Shown here in pieces: positions 56,177 to 64,000 of a stretch of DNA of 64,000 nucleotides (positions are counted from its first letter, which is position 1; every line of letters starts with the position of its first letter). Under the pieces are notes generated by a model, which saw only the letters and a program-made list of their open reading frames with translations, had not been told where the DNA came from and ran no database searches. Source of the DNA: a virus (taxonomy: Duplodnaviria > Caudoviricetes). Where the stretch lies: the IMG/VR virus record IMGVR_UViG_3300044691_000535, positions 1,253 through 65,252 of that record; one strand, written 5' to 3'. Made by a program: the position numbers and the translations under genes.

Positions 56177-58474
56177 ATGCCAGTCGGTGTTCAAATCTCA
56201 GTGCTGCCGGTGTCACCGCTCCTCACAGGCACGGAACTGCTGCCGCTCGTGACCGTCGGAGTGATCACGGCTCTCACGCAGGCCTCTTCCGTGGTGGCGA
56301 CATTCAACACGGTCTCACCCAGCAATCCGTTCTCCATAGGCCAGGATGTGGCGTTTTCAGGCGTCACCGGCATGACGCAGATCAATTCCCTGCACGGCAT
56401 CGTGAGCGCCATTGGAGGAGCCTCGGGTGCTTGGACGGTCACGGTCCCGATCAACTCGACCGCTTTCTCGGCCTACACCTCCGGTGGCGAACTCACGAGC
56501 ACGGTGGCTGTCACCAGTGCTGCGCTCGGTCTGCCTGCGCTCGATCCCTTGCGCTTTGGCGCGATCGGCGATGGGGTCACGGATGACACAGCGGCCCTGA
56601 ATGCCTGGGTCGCGGCCGTCAATGCGAGCACCAATCCACAATCCGTCTGGTCTTTTGGAAAGACCTTCCTGTGCAGCGGGCTCAATCCGATCACGGCCAA
56701 TAACTTCACACTGCAGGCGAACGGCTCGACGATCAAGATCAAGACCAACAGTTGGATCACGACCGGCGATGGCACCACCCATCTGGCCTTGAGCGCAACG
56801 ACCGGGGCTCGTCTATACAACCTCACTATGGACGGTAATCAGGCCGCGTGGTCTGTGTCCGGGTGGGTGGGACGATTCCTGCAACTCGGCAACGACACCC
56901 TCCTGGTGGGATGTACGTTTCATAACAGCCCCAGCAGTTCCATCCGCTCGGGCGCTGCGCAGGGTCGTTTCGTGGCGTGTCACTTCGATGACAACGCGGG
57001 CTCCGGATTCGAGATGAACATCGTGAGCTACCTCAAGTTCACGGATTGCACCTTTAACCGCAACGGCTACGGATTCCAGAAGACCCTGGCTACCAACGTG
57101 TTTGCGTCGTTCGGGCTCTCGATCCGGTTTCGCTCGCATCACTTGACTTTTGTGAATTGCGAGGCGATGCAGAATGGTCGTGACGGGATGAACGTCAATC
57201 AGGGTAGCTATGCGATCAAGTTTATCGGCTGCACGTGTTGGATGAATGGCGACGGCGGTTTCACGGTTGCGGCCGACAGCACCTCCGTCGGCACGGCGGG
57301 CGATGCGGAAAGCCCTTACGATTTGGAGTACGTTGACTGCGAGTCCTATAACAACCTGACCAGCGGGTTGGCGATCTACCCTACGGCATACAACGTCACC
57401 GTGGAGGGGGGGCGCTACTACAACAACAACCGTACGGCAGGACTCATCGCTCAGCAAAGCAGTTTCACCAATGGGATTTATGTGGCCGCCGGATCCTTAG
57501 GGGTTCGCATCCGCACCAAGGCGTACGATGACCGGCAGTTCTGCGCAATCACCGCTAACGCCGCCGGTGTGTTGAGCGCGACCAACTGGGGCTCGACGGC
57601 CAATTGGGGGCCCGGTACGGGGGTGACGTTCAGTCCCACGGCGGCCAACTATCCGCGCGTGGCGCTCTACAGTCCCGCGGTCAGTGGTCCGGGCCTGACC
57701 TTCCAGGGCTACGGCACCATCACGGCGGAATCCGCAGGTTCCGTGACCATCGCGACCACCGCTTTCAATGGCGTGACGATTGCCAGCATCGTCGCGGGGT
57801 GGTATGTCACGCAACGAGTGCAGCACAACGGTGTCTTTATCGACAACGGCTGCACCGCGAGCGCAGACGTGGATGGCTTCGGTCAATTGCCTGGGCCGCA
57901 ACTGTACATGGGTTTCAAGACGATTTCGGGGTACAACAACTCCAATCAGAATGTCCTTCTGCCCGCCGCTCCCCTGGACTACACCGAACTGCTTTCCAAC
58001 CCCACGTGGGATGCGGCGACGACCGGGTGGACGTATAGCACCCCGGGCGGCGGCAGTCCGACTTTATTCACCACGGCCGGGCCCTTGTTGCGCAGTGCCG
58101 GCTGCCTGCAACTGATCGCCGGCACCAGCGCGGCGGGCGCTCAGTCCACCCTCATCACAAACGGGTTGTCCTATGTTGCTAATGGCGCGTGGGTGGAGGG
58201 TACCGTTTGGGCGTATGCCACACTGCCCAATCAGTGCGCGTTGGTCCTGATTTGGGGGGCCGGCGCCTTGAATACGACCGTCATTCATCCGGGCGGCGGA
58301 TGGCGACAGTTGCGCATCGGCGCTTACATCCCTCCCGGTACATCGACATTTCTCATGCAGTTGAATGTGAGCGCGGGGGCTACGGTCTATTTCGATACGG
58401 CCTCCCTGCGGGTGCGAAACGAGACCTTCGACAGCCGCGACTTCTCGTATCCATCCAGATTCCTATCCGTGTAG
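56177..58474 (+). CDS. Tailspike/depolymerase (right-handed beta-helix plus C-terminal CBM-like domain)
   Basis: FGAIGDGVTDDTAAL, C.F..N repeats, C-terminal LLSNPTWD...GWRQLRI..YFD. Confidence 0.85.
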   Translation: MPVGVQISVLPVSPLLTGTELLPLVTVGVITALTQASSVVATFNTVSPSNPFSIGQDVAFSGVTGMTQINSLHGIVSAIGGASGAWTVTVPINSTAFSAYTSGGELTSTVAVTSAALGLPALDPLRFGAIGDGVTDDTAALNAWVAAVNASTNPQSVWSFGKTFLCSGLNPITANNFTLQANGSTIKIKTNSWITTGDGTTHLALSATTGARLYNLTMDGNQAAWSVSGWVGRFLQLGNDTLLVGCTFHNSPSSSIRSGAAQGRFVACHFDDNAGSGFEMNIVSYLKFTDCTFNRNGYGFQKTLATNVFASFGLSIRFRSHHLTFVNCEAMQNGRDGMNVNQGSYAIKFIGCTCWMNGDGGFTVAADSTSVGTAGDAESPYDLEYVDCESYNNLTSGLAIYPTAYNVTVEGGRYYNNNRTAGLIAQQSSFTNGIYVAAGSLGVRIRTKAYDDRQFCAITANAAGVLSATNWGSTANWGPGTGVTFSPTAANYPRVALYSPAVSGPGLTFQGYGTITAESAGSVTIATTAFNGVTIASIVAGWYVTQRVQHNGVFIDNGCTASADVDGFGQLPGPQLYMGFKTISGYNNSNQNVLLPAAPLDYTELLSNPTWDAATTGWTYSTPGGGSPTLFTTAGPLLRSAGCLQLIAGTSAAGAQSTLITNGLSYVANGAWVEGTVWAYATLPNQCALVLIWGAGALNTTVIHPGGGWRQLRIGAYIPPGTSTFLMQLNVSAGATVYFDTASLRVRNETFDSRDFSYPSRFLSV

Positions 58475-58491
58475 CGATGGCGTGAACCACG

Positions 58492-58827
58492 ATGCCAGTA
58501 TGGTTAGGGGCGATCCTTGGCATGGTGACCTTCCTGATTGGAGGGTTGGTCACTGCGGTATGGCTGTTTTCTGGAATCAACAAAGATGTGGAGCGTATGA
58601 AGCAGGATATCGGCACATCCGAATTCGGTATGCGCTATCAGGGGCTCAAGAATTCCATTGAACTGACCACACTCCAAGCACAGTTCGTGGCTGCCGTCCA
58701 ACGGCTGGACAACCTGCACGATTGGAAGCACGAGACCGGGGAGGCGTATCTGCCGCGCGCCGTGGATGAGCACGAGCGGCGGTTGAATCGAATTGAGGCC
58801 AAAGTGTTCAACGGGCATGGTCACTGA
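58492..58827 (+). CDS. Membrane protein (N-terminal TM plus coiled coil), lysis region
   Basis: Hydrophobic N-terminal helix. Confidence 0.65.
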   Translation: MPVWLGAILGMVTFLIGGLVTAVWLFSGINKDVERMKQDIGTSEFGMRYQGLKNSIELTTLQAQFVAAVQRLDNLHDWKHETGEAYLPRAVDEHERRLNRIEAKVFNGHGH

Positions 58828-59500
58828 GATGACCAACCGCGCTTCCTCCGCTGGGTCAGGTTATGCCGGCGGGGGAGGTGCTGTGCCCACGATTCGCCCG
58901 GATCCAGATCCGACGATCCTAACGACCAATCAGCTGCTGCGTGAGATTGCCAATCTTGAAACGCGCTTCATGGAACGGATTGAGAGCATCGAGAAATCCA
59001 TCGAGGTCGCTCATCAGGACTTAGTGCGCGTACCGACGGACGTGGACAAATCAGTCGACGGGTTGGCTCAACTGGTATGGGAGCGTTTTAAGACTCTCAA
59101 TGCAGTCATCGGAGGAATCGAGAAAACCCGTTTAGAACAGTTTAGTAACATTCAAACTCAGTTTGTCGAACGCGACACGCGCACCGGACAGGCGGCCAAG
59201 GCCAGCGCCGAGGCGTTGGCGGCTGCGTTGCAGGCAGCCAAGGAAGCCGTTGGTACCCAGCAGCTTAGCAACATCACTGCGATTCAGAAGCAGGAGACCA
59301 CGACTAAGGAACAGATCATTTCACTGGGCAACCTGATCACCCAGATGACCGTGAACATCGATGACCGGATCAGCGACCTGAAGGGTCGCATGGACAAACT
59401 GCAGGGTAGCGGCAGCGGCCGTCAGGATGTCGTGGCGTGGATTATTGCCGGGTTCAGTCTGTTGGCCAACATTCTACTGATCAGCAGGACGTTCAAATGA
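58817..59500 (+). CDS. Coiled-coil protein with a C-terminal TM segment
   Basis: Heptad-rich body; C-terminal VVAWIIAGFSLLANILLI. Confidence 0.7.
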   Translation: MVTEMTNRASSAGSGYAGGGGAVPTIRPDPDPTILTTNQLLREIANLETRFMERIESIEKSIEVAHQDLVRVPTDVDKSVDGLAQLVWERFKTLNAVIGGIEKTRLEQFSNIQTQFVERDTRTGQAAKASAEALAAALQAAKEAVGTQQLSNITAIQKQETTTKEQIISLGNLITQMTVNIDDRISDLKGRMDKLQGSGSGRQDVVAWIIAGFSLLANILLISRTFK

Positions 59501-59658
59501 GCCTGCGTGACTGGTGGGAAGAGCTGAAAGACCTGTTCGGCAAACCCAAGTCGCCGCCCAATCCTGAGCCCAAGCCCGATGAGCCGCGCACGGTGCGCCA
59601 TCCGTGGGGTCCGCAGAAGGAGTCGCCGGTGTGGTCGCAGAAGAAGGATGAGGAATGA
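59497..59658 (+). CDS. Small Pro-rich hypothetical protein
   Basis: ATGA-coupled on both sides. Confidence 0.55.
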   Translation: MSLRDWWEELKDLFGKPKSPPNPEPKPDEPRTVRHPWGPQKESPVWSQKKDEE

Positions 59659-60095
59659 CAAGCCTACTTGAGCAACTTCTTGGGGAAGAAGAGGATCGCA
59701 GTCCGACGGTGTATCCCGACACCTCGCCGCGAAAGTTGATGACCATCGCGATTGGCTGTGTCGTCGACTCGCGTGTACCCGGCGCAGGCCTGTGCGATGC
59801 CGCGATCGATGCCCAGTTTGCGCATGACTCGGCCAACGCGCGCGACATCGCAGCAGCGTGGCCCAACTTCACGCAGATGAACCCGGTGCGTCAAGCGGTC
59901 CTCATCTCGATGGCTTTCCAACTCGGCAACAAGCCCGGCGGCTGGCCTAACTTCATGGCCGCGCTGAGTCGGCAGGATTACCAGGCCGCCGCGGCTGCCG
60001 GACTCGATAGCGAGTGGGCTCACGAGCAGACGCCCAAGCGAGCGCAGCGCGAGATGGCTATGTTGGCGAGTGGCGAATGGATCGCGCACTCGTGA
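59655..60095 (+). CDS. Endolysin, T4-lysozyme-like (GH24)
   Basis: EE...VYPDT....TIAIG, RQAVLISMAFQLG, LDSEW..QTP.RA.R. Confidence 0.88.
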   Translation: MTSLLEQLLGEEEDRSPTVYPDTSPRKLMTIAIGCVVDSRVPGAGLCDAAIDAQFAHDSANARDIAAAWPNFTQMNPVRQAVLISMAFQLGNKPGGWPNFMAALSRQDYQAAAAAGLDSEWAHEQTPKRAQREMAMLASGEWIAHS

Positions 60096-60112
60096 AAGCA
60101 CTGTGAGGCTCT

Positions 60113-60457
60113 ATGAAATTAGATGTTGACGTGCATCTGTACATACACGATGCACACGATGAAAGCCCGTTACTCAAGCTCATACTCGAGAGGATTACTC
60201 AAATGGCTGTTGATCTAACTGCACTGACCGCCGCTGTGGCGGCCGAAGATACCGTGATTGATTCTGCGATTGCACTCATCGGGGGAATCCCAGCGGTGGT
60301 GTCCCAAGCCGTCGCTGCCGCACTGACAGCCAACGGAGTAGCCGATGCCGCTGCTCAGACGGCGGCGGACGCGGCGGCGGCGGACGTCCAGGCAAAGACC
60401 ACCGCGTTGCAAGCGGCGCTGACGGCGAATACGCCGACGCCGCCTGTTACGCCGTAA
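60113..60457 (+). CDS. Ala-rich amphipathic helical protein
   Basis: LTALTAAVAA..TV.DSAIALI.G; an internal start at 60203 is possible. Confidence 0.65.
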   Translation: MKLDVDVHLYIHDAHDESPLLKLILERITQMAVDLTALTAAVAAEDTVIDSAIALIGGIPAVVSQAVAAALTANGVADAAAQTAADAAAADVQAKTTALQAALTANTPTPPVTP

Positions 60458-60511
60458 ATCGGCCCGCGCTCACTGAAAGGGCGGCGCATGAGCGTCGCCC
60501 GAGGGTTATTG

Positions 60512-60823
60512 ATGATGAGCGACGTTACCGCCATTCCCTTTTACAAGAGCCGCATTCTGCAAGGACTGTTGACCATCGTCGTGACCCAAGTCATCGCGAA
60601 GGTGACCGCGCAGTACCACATCGATTTCGCCGTCTTGGGTCTAACCGCCGACAACATCGTGCAGTGGATCATGGATGGCATCTCGGCCGGCGCCGTCTAT
60701 TGGGCTACGCATGCGCGCGTCGCTCCGCAAGTGCCTATTCCTCCGGTCGTCACGCTCACTCAAACAGGCGCCGATAAGGCCAATCTGACCGTTCCCCCTT
60801 TTTCTCCCAAGGAAACACCATGA
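60512..60823 (+). CDS. Holin-like membrane protein
   Basis: PFYKSR followed by two hydrophobic segments; close to the endolysin. Confidence 0.6.
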   Translation: MMSDVTAIPFYKSRILQGLLTIVVTQVIAKVTAQYHIDFAVLGLTADNIVQWIMDGISAGAVYWATHARVAPQVPIPPVVTLTQTGADKANLTVPPFSPKETP

Positions 60824-61098
60824 GCAATCCAACCTTTGGACAAGCCCTTCTTTCCATGCTCGAAAGCGACCTTGCGACCGTCGGCGGTCAGCCGTTGATC
60901 ACGCTGCTGACGGCTCTGCAGTCCGCCAAGGGCAATGTGTTGCTACAGCAAGGCGCCATACTGCAGTTCGTGGCCGCAGCCCCGACGGCCGGCATTACGC
61001 TCGAAGTCGAGATTGAGGGGCAACTGCTAACGTTGGCAATCAGCAAGGTGCAGGCGTTCATTGCATCGAAATCGGGTGCGGTGGCGCCTGCGGCCTGA
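60820..61098 (+). CDS. Hypothetical protein
   Basis: AAGGA RBS; coupled ORF. Confidence 0.65.
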   Translation: MSNPTFGQALLSMLESDLATVGGQPLITLLTALQSAKGNVLLQQGAILQFVAAAPTAGITLEVEIEGQLLTLAISKVQAFIASKSGAVAPAA

Positions 61099-61102
61099 TT
61101 CG

Positions 61103-61960
61103 ATGATTCCCGATCCGAAAGCTGACGCGCGACTCGGCTGGCCGGTCCTACTGGCCTTCGACACCCACGCTGCGGCGCCGACTCTACTCGAGCCGCCACC
61201 GGATCCGCGGTTGGCGCCGGACTGGACGCTGCGTGGCTACGTCACCGGATTCGACGCCATCTTCAGGACCGAGGCGGCGCTCGAGATGGGCGAACGCGTC
61301 TGTTACGGACTGCTACTCGAGGCGGTGGCGCAACCCGGGGAATTCGTGGTCGCGATCCGGGGGACCAACGGCCTGCTCGAGTGGATCGACGATGGAATCG
61401 TGGAACCGATCATCCATCCGCTTGGGGGTACGGTCGAAGCGGGCTTCTGGGCGATCTTCATGTCCATGAGCTTTCGCACTCCGGGCGGAAAGGATGTGCC
61501 GCTCGCGGGCGGGATTGCGCATGCCGTAGGCGAGGGTACGGTGACCGTGGCGGGCCACAGCCTCGGGGCGGCACTGGCCACCTTCCTGACCCTGGACCTG
61601 GCTGAGCGTCCGGGGCTGCGCGTCAGGGGGCGCTTCTTCGCCTCACCGCGGCCCGGTAACGGTGCGTTCGCGGATGTGTTCGACCGGACGGTGGCTGACT
61701 ACTGCGTCTACAACTATTTGCTGGATGCGGTCCCACACACGCCGTTCGGATTGGGATACGAGCCGTTGCACAAGCTGGTGGAGATTCGACCGAGTGAAGC
61801 GCAGGCCAGGATCGGGTTCAGCGTTGCCTGCTTTCATCATCTTGTGTGCTATCTCGCGGAGCTCGACTTCGCTTTCAAAGACTGGCACGCCATGGCCGCC
61901 ATCGATCAACCCTGTGCGGCCTGTATCAAAGGTCCCACTGCCCAAGGAGTCTCGCCATGA
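61103..61960 (+). CDS. Class 3 lipase (alpha/beta hydrolase)
   Basis: VAIRGT, VEAGF, VAGHSLGAALA, FASPRPGN, DAVP..P, C-terminal His. Confidence 0.9.
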   Translation: MIPDPKADARLGWPVLLAFDTHAAAPTLLEPPPDPRLAPDWTLRGYVTGFDAIFRTEAALEMGERVCYGLLLEAVAQPGEFVVAIRGTNGLLEWIDDGIVEPIIHPLGGTVEAGFWAIFMSMSFRTPGGKDVPLAGGIAHAVGEGTVTVAGHSLGAALATFLTLDLAERPGLRVRGRFFASPRPGNGAFADVFDRTVADYCVYNYLLDAVPHTPFGLGYEPLHKLVEIRPSEAQARIGFSVACFHHLVCYLAELDFAFKDWHAMAAIDQPCAACIKGPTAQGVSP

Positions 61961-62142
61961 TCGTAACGATTCTGCTTCTGCTAATCCTGCTGGCCGCCTT
62001 CAGTCTCGTATGGTGGGGCGTCAATCGGATGGCAGTCCCCGAGCCCATCAAGACGATTGTGCTCGTGATCTTGGGGCTGCTCGCGTTGCTGTTCATCTAC
62101 AACATGGTTGCCGGCGGCGGTCTGCACCTGACGATGCGCTAA
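61957..62142 (+). CDS. Two-TM small membrane protein
   Basis: AAGGAG RBS; two hydrophobic helices separated by PEPIK. Confidence 0.75.
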   Translation: MIVTILLLLILLAAFSLVWWGVNRMAVPEPIKTIVLVILGLLALLFIYNMVAGGGLHLTMR

Positions 62143-62248
62143 TCAAAACCCCCGGCCTGCGGCTACGCGGTAAGCCACCGGGAGCGCCGGTCACCGCGTT
62201 CCGGTCCGAATCTTATCACGCCGCACATCGTTCACTAGGAGAGCCCCC

Positions 62249-62872
62249 ATGGCCAGCATCACCTTCACGCCCGCCGAGCTCACAGCCCTCGCCAAACAGA
62301 TTCCTACCCCTGACATCAACGCGCTCGCCAAGGCGGTGGCCGCGATCCTAGGCACGTCTGTCGTTCCGCCTGTAGTGACTCCACCGGTCGCAGGGGCTCT
62401 GTGGCTGTTCAACGCCGGCAAGATGTACGGAGGTCCGCCCAATGACTACAGCTTCGGCAATCAGCCGTACTCCGTCGTCTACAACAACCCCGCCGTTGGC
62501 GCCTCGGGCCCCGTTGACGTGCTCGCCAAGGGCGATGTGGGCTGGCAGCCTCTGTGGCCCGGTAGTCACATCGATACCACGGGCTTTGCCTTCGTCACGG
62601 TCTCAATCAAGCCTACCCAAGTATCCGGCTGGATCTCCGGCATGGAAGCGGTGGGGGATATAGCTGTTCCCGGCAACACCGGCCCGGTCAATATTCTGCA
62701 GTACGGACCCAACCCGCCGGTCGTCGGGCAGTGGAATACCTACAAGATTCCCCTCAGTGCCTACGGCACTACGCCATTCCAAGCGTATAAGGTGATGTTC
62801 TTGCAGCAGAACACACCGAATCCTGGCGCGAACCAGACCGAATTTGACGCGGTAGGGTTGCTCAAGTCGTAA
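62249..62872 (+). CDS. Carbohydrate-binding-like beta-sandwich protein (no signal peptide)
   Basis: AGGAG RBS; YGPNPPVVGQWNTYKIPL; paralogous to 1368-2084. Confidence 0.7.
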   Translation: MASITFTPAELTALAKQIPTPDINALAKAVAAILGTSVVPPVVTPPVAGALWLFNAGKMYGGPPNDYSFGNQPYSVVYNNPAVGASGPVDVLAKGDVGWQPLWPGSHIDTTGFAFVTVSIKPTQVSGWISGMEAVGDIAVPGNTGPVNILQYGPNPPVVGQWNTYKIPLSAYGTTPFQAYKVMFLQQNTPNPGANQTEFDAVGLLKS

Positions 62873-62967
62873 CACGGTGGACCGACACTTCTTTGGAATT
62901 CAGCGTACCCATTTGCCTCGCTGAACTGTCTTTATAGGTAGGAGCGCGCGGACAGGGATGTCTTTAC

Positions 62968-63156
62968 CTAGCGCGAGGCGAGCGTTGCAATGGCTCGCTG
63001 ATCCCCGTCTGAGTCCCGCGCCCCACAATCCTCAGCTGTCCCCTGCATCGTAAACAGCGGGTGGTTCTGGCACTCGTGCGCCCCACCGTGAAATCCCAGC
63101 AGCAGTAGCGCCCCCAAACCCAACGTGATGATCAGTCCGTCGACGAGCTTGCGCAT
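62968..63156 (-). CDS. Small membrane/secreted protein
   Basis: GAAGGGA RBS; N-terminal TM. Confidence 0.55.
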   Translation of the reverse strand: MRKLVDGLIITLGLGALLLLGFHGGAHECQNHPLFTMQGTAEDCGARDSDGDQRAIATLASR

Positions 63157-63374
63157 GGCATCCCTTCTTTATGATTGAGCTTATGGGGACGCTTGTACTC
63201 GTGTGCAATCGCGCTGCGAAACGGGCGGCGCGTTATTTTGTGGACCAGTGCTCACTCGATCAGGGCCTAACGGAAATCCGCCCCAGCCTCGTCTGAACCC
63301 AGCAACGGCCGGCACGGTGCTGTCTTCGCTTCGATGAGAGCGGGGCCTAGGAGGCTTCGAACTCTCGCCGCCCA

Positions 63375-64000
63375 TCACCACTGAGCCTTCTGGACTGAGT
63401 CTGGCCGGCTCAGGCAGGGCGGTCCCCCATCGTGGCGATGCAGGTCCGTGCCGGTCGTTGCTAGCAAAGGCCTTGGCTGCGTGATGCGCAGAAACGGCCG
63501 CTCGATCCAGCGGTAGCTCAGGATCGACACGGCCACGACCGCCGCCATCGAGAAGACCGCAAACCCGATGGGTCCGCCTTTCCAGAGCATCCGTGTGGCA
63601 CCGAATACAAACAGATGCGTGAGGTAGATCGAGTACGAGGCATCACCGAGTAGCGCGAGCGGGCGAATTTGTGGGATACGCGGCTCCAACGTAAGGACGC
63701 CGAGCACGACTGAGGTAGCCGCCGCCGCAGTGACCCACATGTTGAACGGCTGCAACAGCACAACGAAGCCGGCAACGACGAGGCCTGCGGATGCTGCCCA
63801 GTGGAGCTTCGCGAGGCGGTAGTACTGCCCAATGGCCATCCCGGCCACGAATTCCAGGATCACGGGGCGGCAGTAGAAGCGCAGCGCAGAATCGGGCGGC
63901 ACGAATGAGCCTGCCGCAATCAGCGCCGTGAACAGCAACGCGCAGTAGAGCAGGCGATTCGTTTTGGTGAACAGCAACACCGCAAACACCGCATAGAAAA
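63375..64000 (-). CDS. Acyltransferase 3 (OafA-like O-acetyltransferase), 5'-truncated by the window
   Basis: Multiple TMs; EFVAGM, LGDASYSIYLTH, SYRWIERP. Confidence 0.88.
   Translation of the reverse strand, partial: FYAVFAVLLFTKTNRLLYCALLFTALIAAGSFVPPDSALRFYCRPVILEFVAGMAIGQYYRLAKLHWAASAGLVVAGFVVLLQPFNMWVTAAAATSVVLGVLTLEPRIPQIRPLALLGDASYSIYLTHLFVFGATRMLWKGGPIGFAVFSMAAVVAVSILSYRWIERPFLRITQPRPLLATTGTDLHRHDGGPPCLSRPDSVQKAQW

Larger units (their letters stand above)
1..64000. mobile_element. Temperate myovirus genome (near complete, probably unintegrated/circularly permuted form)
   Basis: Integration, immunity, replication, packaging, head, contractile tail and lysis modules are all present in order; attP is internal; no host housekeeping genes. 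Confidence 0.93.

Noticed and set aside
55178-58474. Diversity-generating retroelement or invertible tail-fibre cassette
   Set aside because: No reverse transcriptase, no TR/VR near-duplicate, and no inverted fibre copies or flanking inverted repeats were seen
63181-63375. Structured ncRNA or tRNA-like element (GTTCGAA on the minus strand)
   Set aside because: No cloverleaf or recognisable family could be built by eye; an Infernal/Rfam search would be needed

Overview
The whole window is most of one temperate myovirus genome of a high-GC proteobacterial host, and no host housekeeping genes are visible. It looks like the unintegrated form, because a 3'-half tRNA-Lys(CTT) attP core with arm-type and IHF sites has phage-like genes on both sides. 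Layout: (1) a minus-strand accessory block (C5 methyltransferase, tiny membrane peptides, secreted CBM-like protein, second tyrosine recombinase); (2) attP, int and xis; (3) a leftward early operon (ExoX-like nuclease, HNH, RecT, YqaJ, LuxR-HTH and others); (4) a lambda-like cI/cro switch with five operators; (5) a rightward early and replication region (LMW phosphatase, type II TA pair, primase-helicase, iteron origin, RusA); (6) terminase, then a 7.4-kb block of Ala-repeat fibre, CBM and glycoside-hydrolase genes; (7) head and contractile-tail genes of the DUF1073/DUF2213/DUF2184/DUF3383 type, two beta-helix spikes, and a lysis cassette containing a lipase; (8) an O-acyltransferase at the right edge. 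Most notable: two perfect chromosomal-type parS palindromes without parAB, two integrases flanking attP, a CI whose autocleavage motifs are all altered, and a modular glycan-binding/degrading appendage cluster that shares domains with other virion proteins. All family assignments come from motifs recognised by eye, not from database searches.
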